Under the pieces are notes generated by a model, which worked only from the letters and a program-made list of their open reading frames with translations, ran no database searches and was not told the DNA's origin. Shown here in pieces: positions 61,466 to 64,000 of a stretch of 64,000 nucleotides of DNA (its first letter is position 1; each line of letters starts with the position of its first letter). The position numbers were made by a program, and so were the translations under genes. The stretch covers positions 134,478,001 through 134,542,000 of the forward strand of contig NC_042998.1 of the NCBI RefSeq assembly GCF_006345805.1, in the 5' to 3' direction. The DNA is from Octopus sinensis (lineage: Eukaryota).

Positions 61466-62031
61466 GGTGTAGATATATATGGCAAGTTTGTTTATGGGAA
61501 TCGTTTTTGAGTATGCATTAAAAGCTCCTATTTTATTATGCAGGCTATGGCATAATGATACCAATTTGCAATAGTAGTTTCAAGGGGTTGTACTGAGCTA
61601 TGCCGATATAATGTAGGATAAATATAGTCATGATAATAATAATCTATGGATAGAATTTATGAATATTTTAATGCATTGCTATGAATGTGTTCACAAATCA
61701 CGTTTCTTACGATCATAGTCCATATTCCTGAGATGATTACTGTACAATCCATAATATCCATGGACATCTGGTGGATCTTAGTTCATGTGTTCATTTCATC
61801 AGGTGATACGGCATTAGAGTTAAAAGCAACGGATATATAATAGAAGGATGTTTATCAATTTTCACCTATCAAAAGGTTCATTGGGGTGTGTGGGCAGTTC
61901 TGCATGTATTTCACGTATTCCCTTCTCTTTGATATAGGAATATCCTTCAGTGATACATCCAAATTTATTCTTTCCAACCTGGAGTTTTGCATATAGTGAC
62001 TTATTTACTCAAATGGATTATACAAGTCTGA

Positions 62032-62720
62032 TATGAGGTTTGATGAATAGGTGTCTGGACTGGTGCTATAAAAACAAAACTACAACATGTACCAATTTGG
62101 CATTTAATCTCCTTCAAAGTAGTCCCCTTCAGAGACCACATACTTAATCCAGTGCTGTTTCCATTGATGGAAGTATTCCTGGAACTTGTTTTCTGGGATA
62201 ATCAGCAAATGCCTCATCGCATTCAGTTTGATTTCGTTGACATCCTGAAATCTTCCTTTCAAACGGGATTTGATTTTTGGAAATAGGAAAAAGTCACAAG
62301 GGGCAAGATCTGGGGAATATGGTGGCTGTCGGACCTGGGGAATGCTGTGTCTAGCCAAAAACTGCTGCACAATTGCACCATGACAACACAATGGGCAGGT
62401 GTGTTGTCATGGTGCAATTGCCACTCACCGGATGCATGCAATTGTGACGTTTTCTGGCGAATACCATCCCACAAACGCCACAGAATATTACGGTAGTACT
62501 CTTTGTTTACCGTCTCACCAGGTGGAGCATACTTATGATGAACAATCCCCTTGTAGTTGAAGAAAACAGTCAACAGTATCTTCACATTACTTTAGTCTCA
62601 GAAGTTGGGGTCTTCCACTGTGAAGGCTGAGCCTTCATTTTGGGGTTAGAGCCATAGATCCATCACCTATTATGACTGTTTTCCAAAAAGTTTTCATCGT
62701 TCTTGACACCAGTGGTAGCT
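62032..62720 (-). pseudogene. Mariner transposase C-terminal half (DDD domain) and 3' end
   Basis: KILLTVFF..KGIVHH, WQLHHDNTPAH, PYSPDLAPCDFFLFPKIK, GDYFEGD*; frameshifted. Confidence 0.88.
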
Positions 62721-63469
62721 CATAGATAAAATTAGTTGGGGTGCTGCTTCAGAAAATTTTTAGGTGTTGTTTTAATATTGTGTAAAAGGAAACAAGCATA
62801 TAAAAGGAATATTTATATATAAACTTGATCAGTTCACATTTTAATCACTGTGTTTAATTTGTTCACTGAATACCACTGCAAATTCCTTTTTCTTTTTTTT
62901 TTTTTTTTTTTTTTTTCAAAAATACCTCCTAAATCGCAAAATAAGGGGCGCAAATCTATCCTATTTTTCAAATCCTAGCAGCAACACTGAAGCTGGAAGC
63001 AGGATAATAATCTAATTCTACACTTTATCACATTCAAGAACATAAATATGTTTTTAAGCACAACACATGTGGTGTCAAAGAGACACTACCTTTCACCAGG
63101 CACTGTTGTTCACACAGTACTCTCTTTCCCTAGCTTGAAGCTTCCTATCTTGGAAATGTGAGCATGTGCACAACAGCCAAACCTCACGTCACTGGAACTG
63201 TGAAGTATACAGTTCTATACAAGGATTTTTGTATTTTTTCATAAACTAGGGGATGGCTACTGACATTAAGCTTAAGGATTATATAATCAACAAGTATAAA
63301 GAAAGAATTAAAGAAAAAAGGACTCGTTATATTGAATGTTATCGATAACATCAAGTGGAAATAGGGGGTGCTGCAGTTCCACAGTGCCTATACATTAGCT
63401 GCTACTACTCAACACAATCAAGGAGATCTTGTACAACTGAAACCTGAGTGTCTTTTTGGTCAGCTGAAA

Positions 63470-64000
63470 GCAGTTTTGGCACAAACTTGGCAGACATGCA
63501 TCACTTACCCAAGTCTTCAGTGAATTATCACTGAGCTGAGCCGTAACTAATCTGCACATCCTCTGATAACTCACGGATGGTGATTTGATAATTTCCCCTC
63601 ACAGCTGCATGCACATCTGTGATGTTTTTCGCAGTTCTGCTGGCTGTAGGTCTCCCAGAATGTTCGTCACTATCGACATTTTTTTGGCTATCTTGGAAAC
63701 GTTTGAATCATTCATACACTTGTGTGTGGCTCATACACTTCGACTCCATACACTTTCTGCAACTTTGTGTTGTGCTCTGAGCAGGTATTGCCAAGCTTCT
63801 GGCAAAATTTGATGCAGATTCTCTGCTCAACTTACTCTGTCATGGTCAATGCGACAATCACGTGCTACATACATTTCTTCCAAGCACTGCTGTGAACAGT
63901 GGAAGTGAGGTAGAACTTAGTGTGCATGCACAGCAGAGTTCAAGGTCAGTCTATGCCAAGCAGCTTCACTCTGCGTGCTTTAGCTTCGTTACTATGCCAA
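63470..64000 (-). pseudogene. Mariner transposase N-terminal (HTH) half and 5' region, probably the same element as 62032-62720 split by an insertion
   Basis: EQRICIKFCQKLG, FKRFQD, HSGRP, AKFVPKLL remnants in the expected order and orientation. Confidence 0.75.

Overview
AT-rich animal genomic DNA, most likely an octopod cephalopod (inferred from the SINE/RTE families and dense (TA)n tracts, not from a database search). Almost all ORFs in the supplied track are microsatellite or transposon artefacts. One small spliced gene can be assembled on + from four coding exons (2249-2344, 31330-31452, 39490-39639, 42059-42085). It encodes 131 aa ending ...[21 protein letters not shown], which resembles the C-terminal motif of vertebrate C10orf143. 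A probable first coding exon of a second, mitochondrion-targeted gene lies at 59171-59307 (+). The rest is a transposon landscape: tRNA-derived SINEs, RTE and CR1/L2 LINE pieces, a Penelope-like RT fragment, a decayed Gypsy element, ORF1-only L1/Tx1-like elements, Helitron-like, Tc1/mariner and hAT relics. The most striking structure is in the 29-kb first intron. Three related non-coding elements (15658-16872, 20915-25468, 28598-29064) each sit in a (TA)n tract, carry a type I hammerhead ribozyme motif, and form fold-back palindromes that leave the same ~80-nt unpaired end; the largest palindrome is ~4.5 kb. A second family carries a minimal hammerhead-like motif with an unusual U at core position 6. 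Ribozyme activity, gene models and family assignments are read by eye and need the checks listed.
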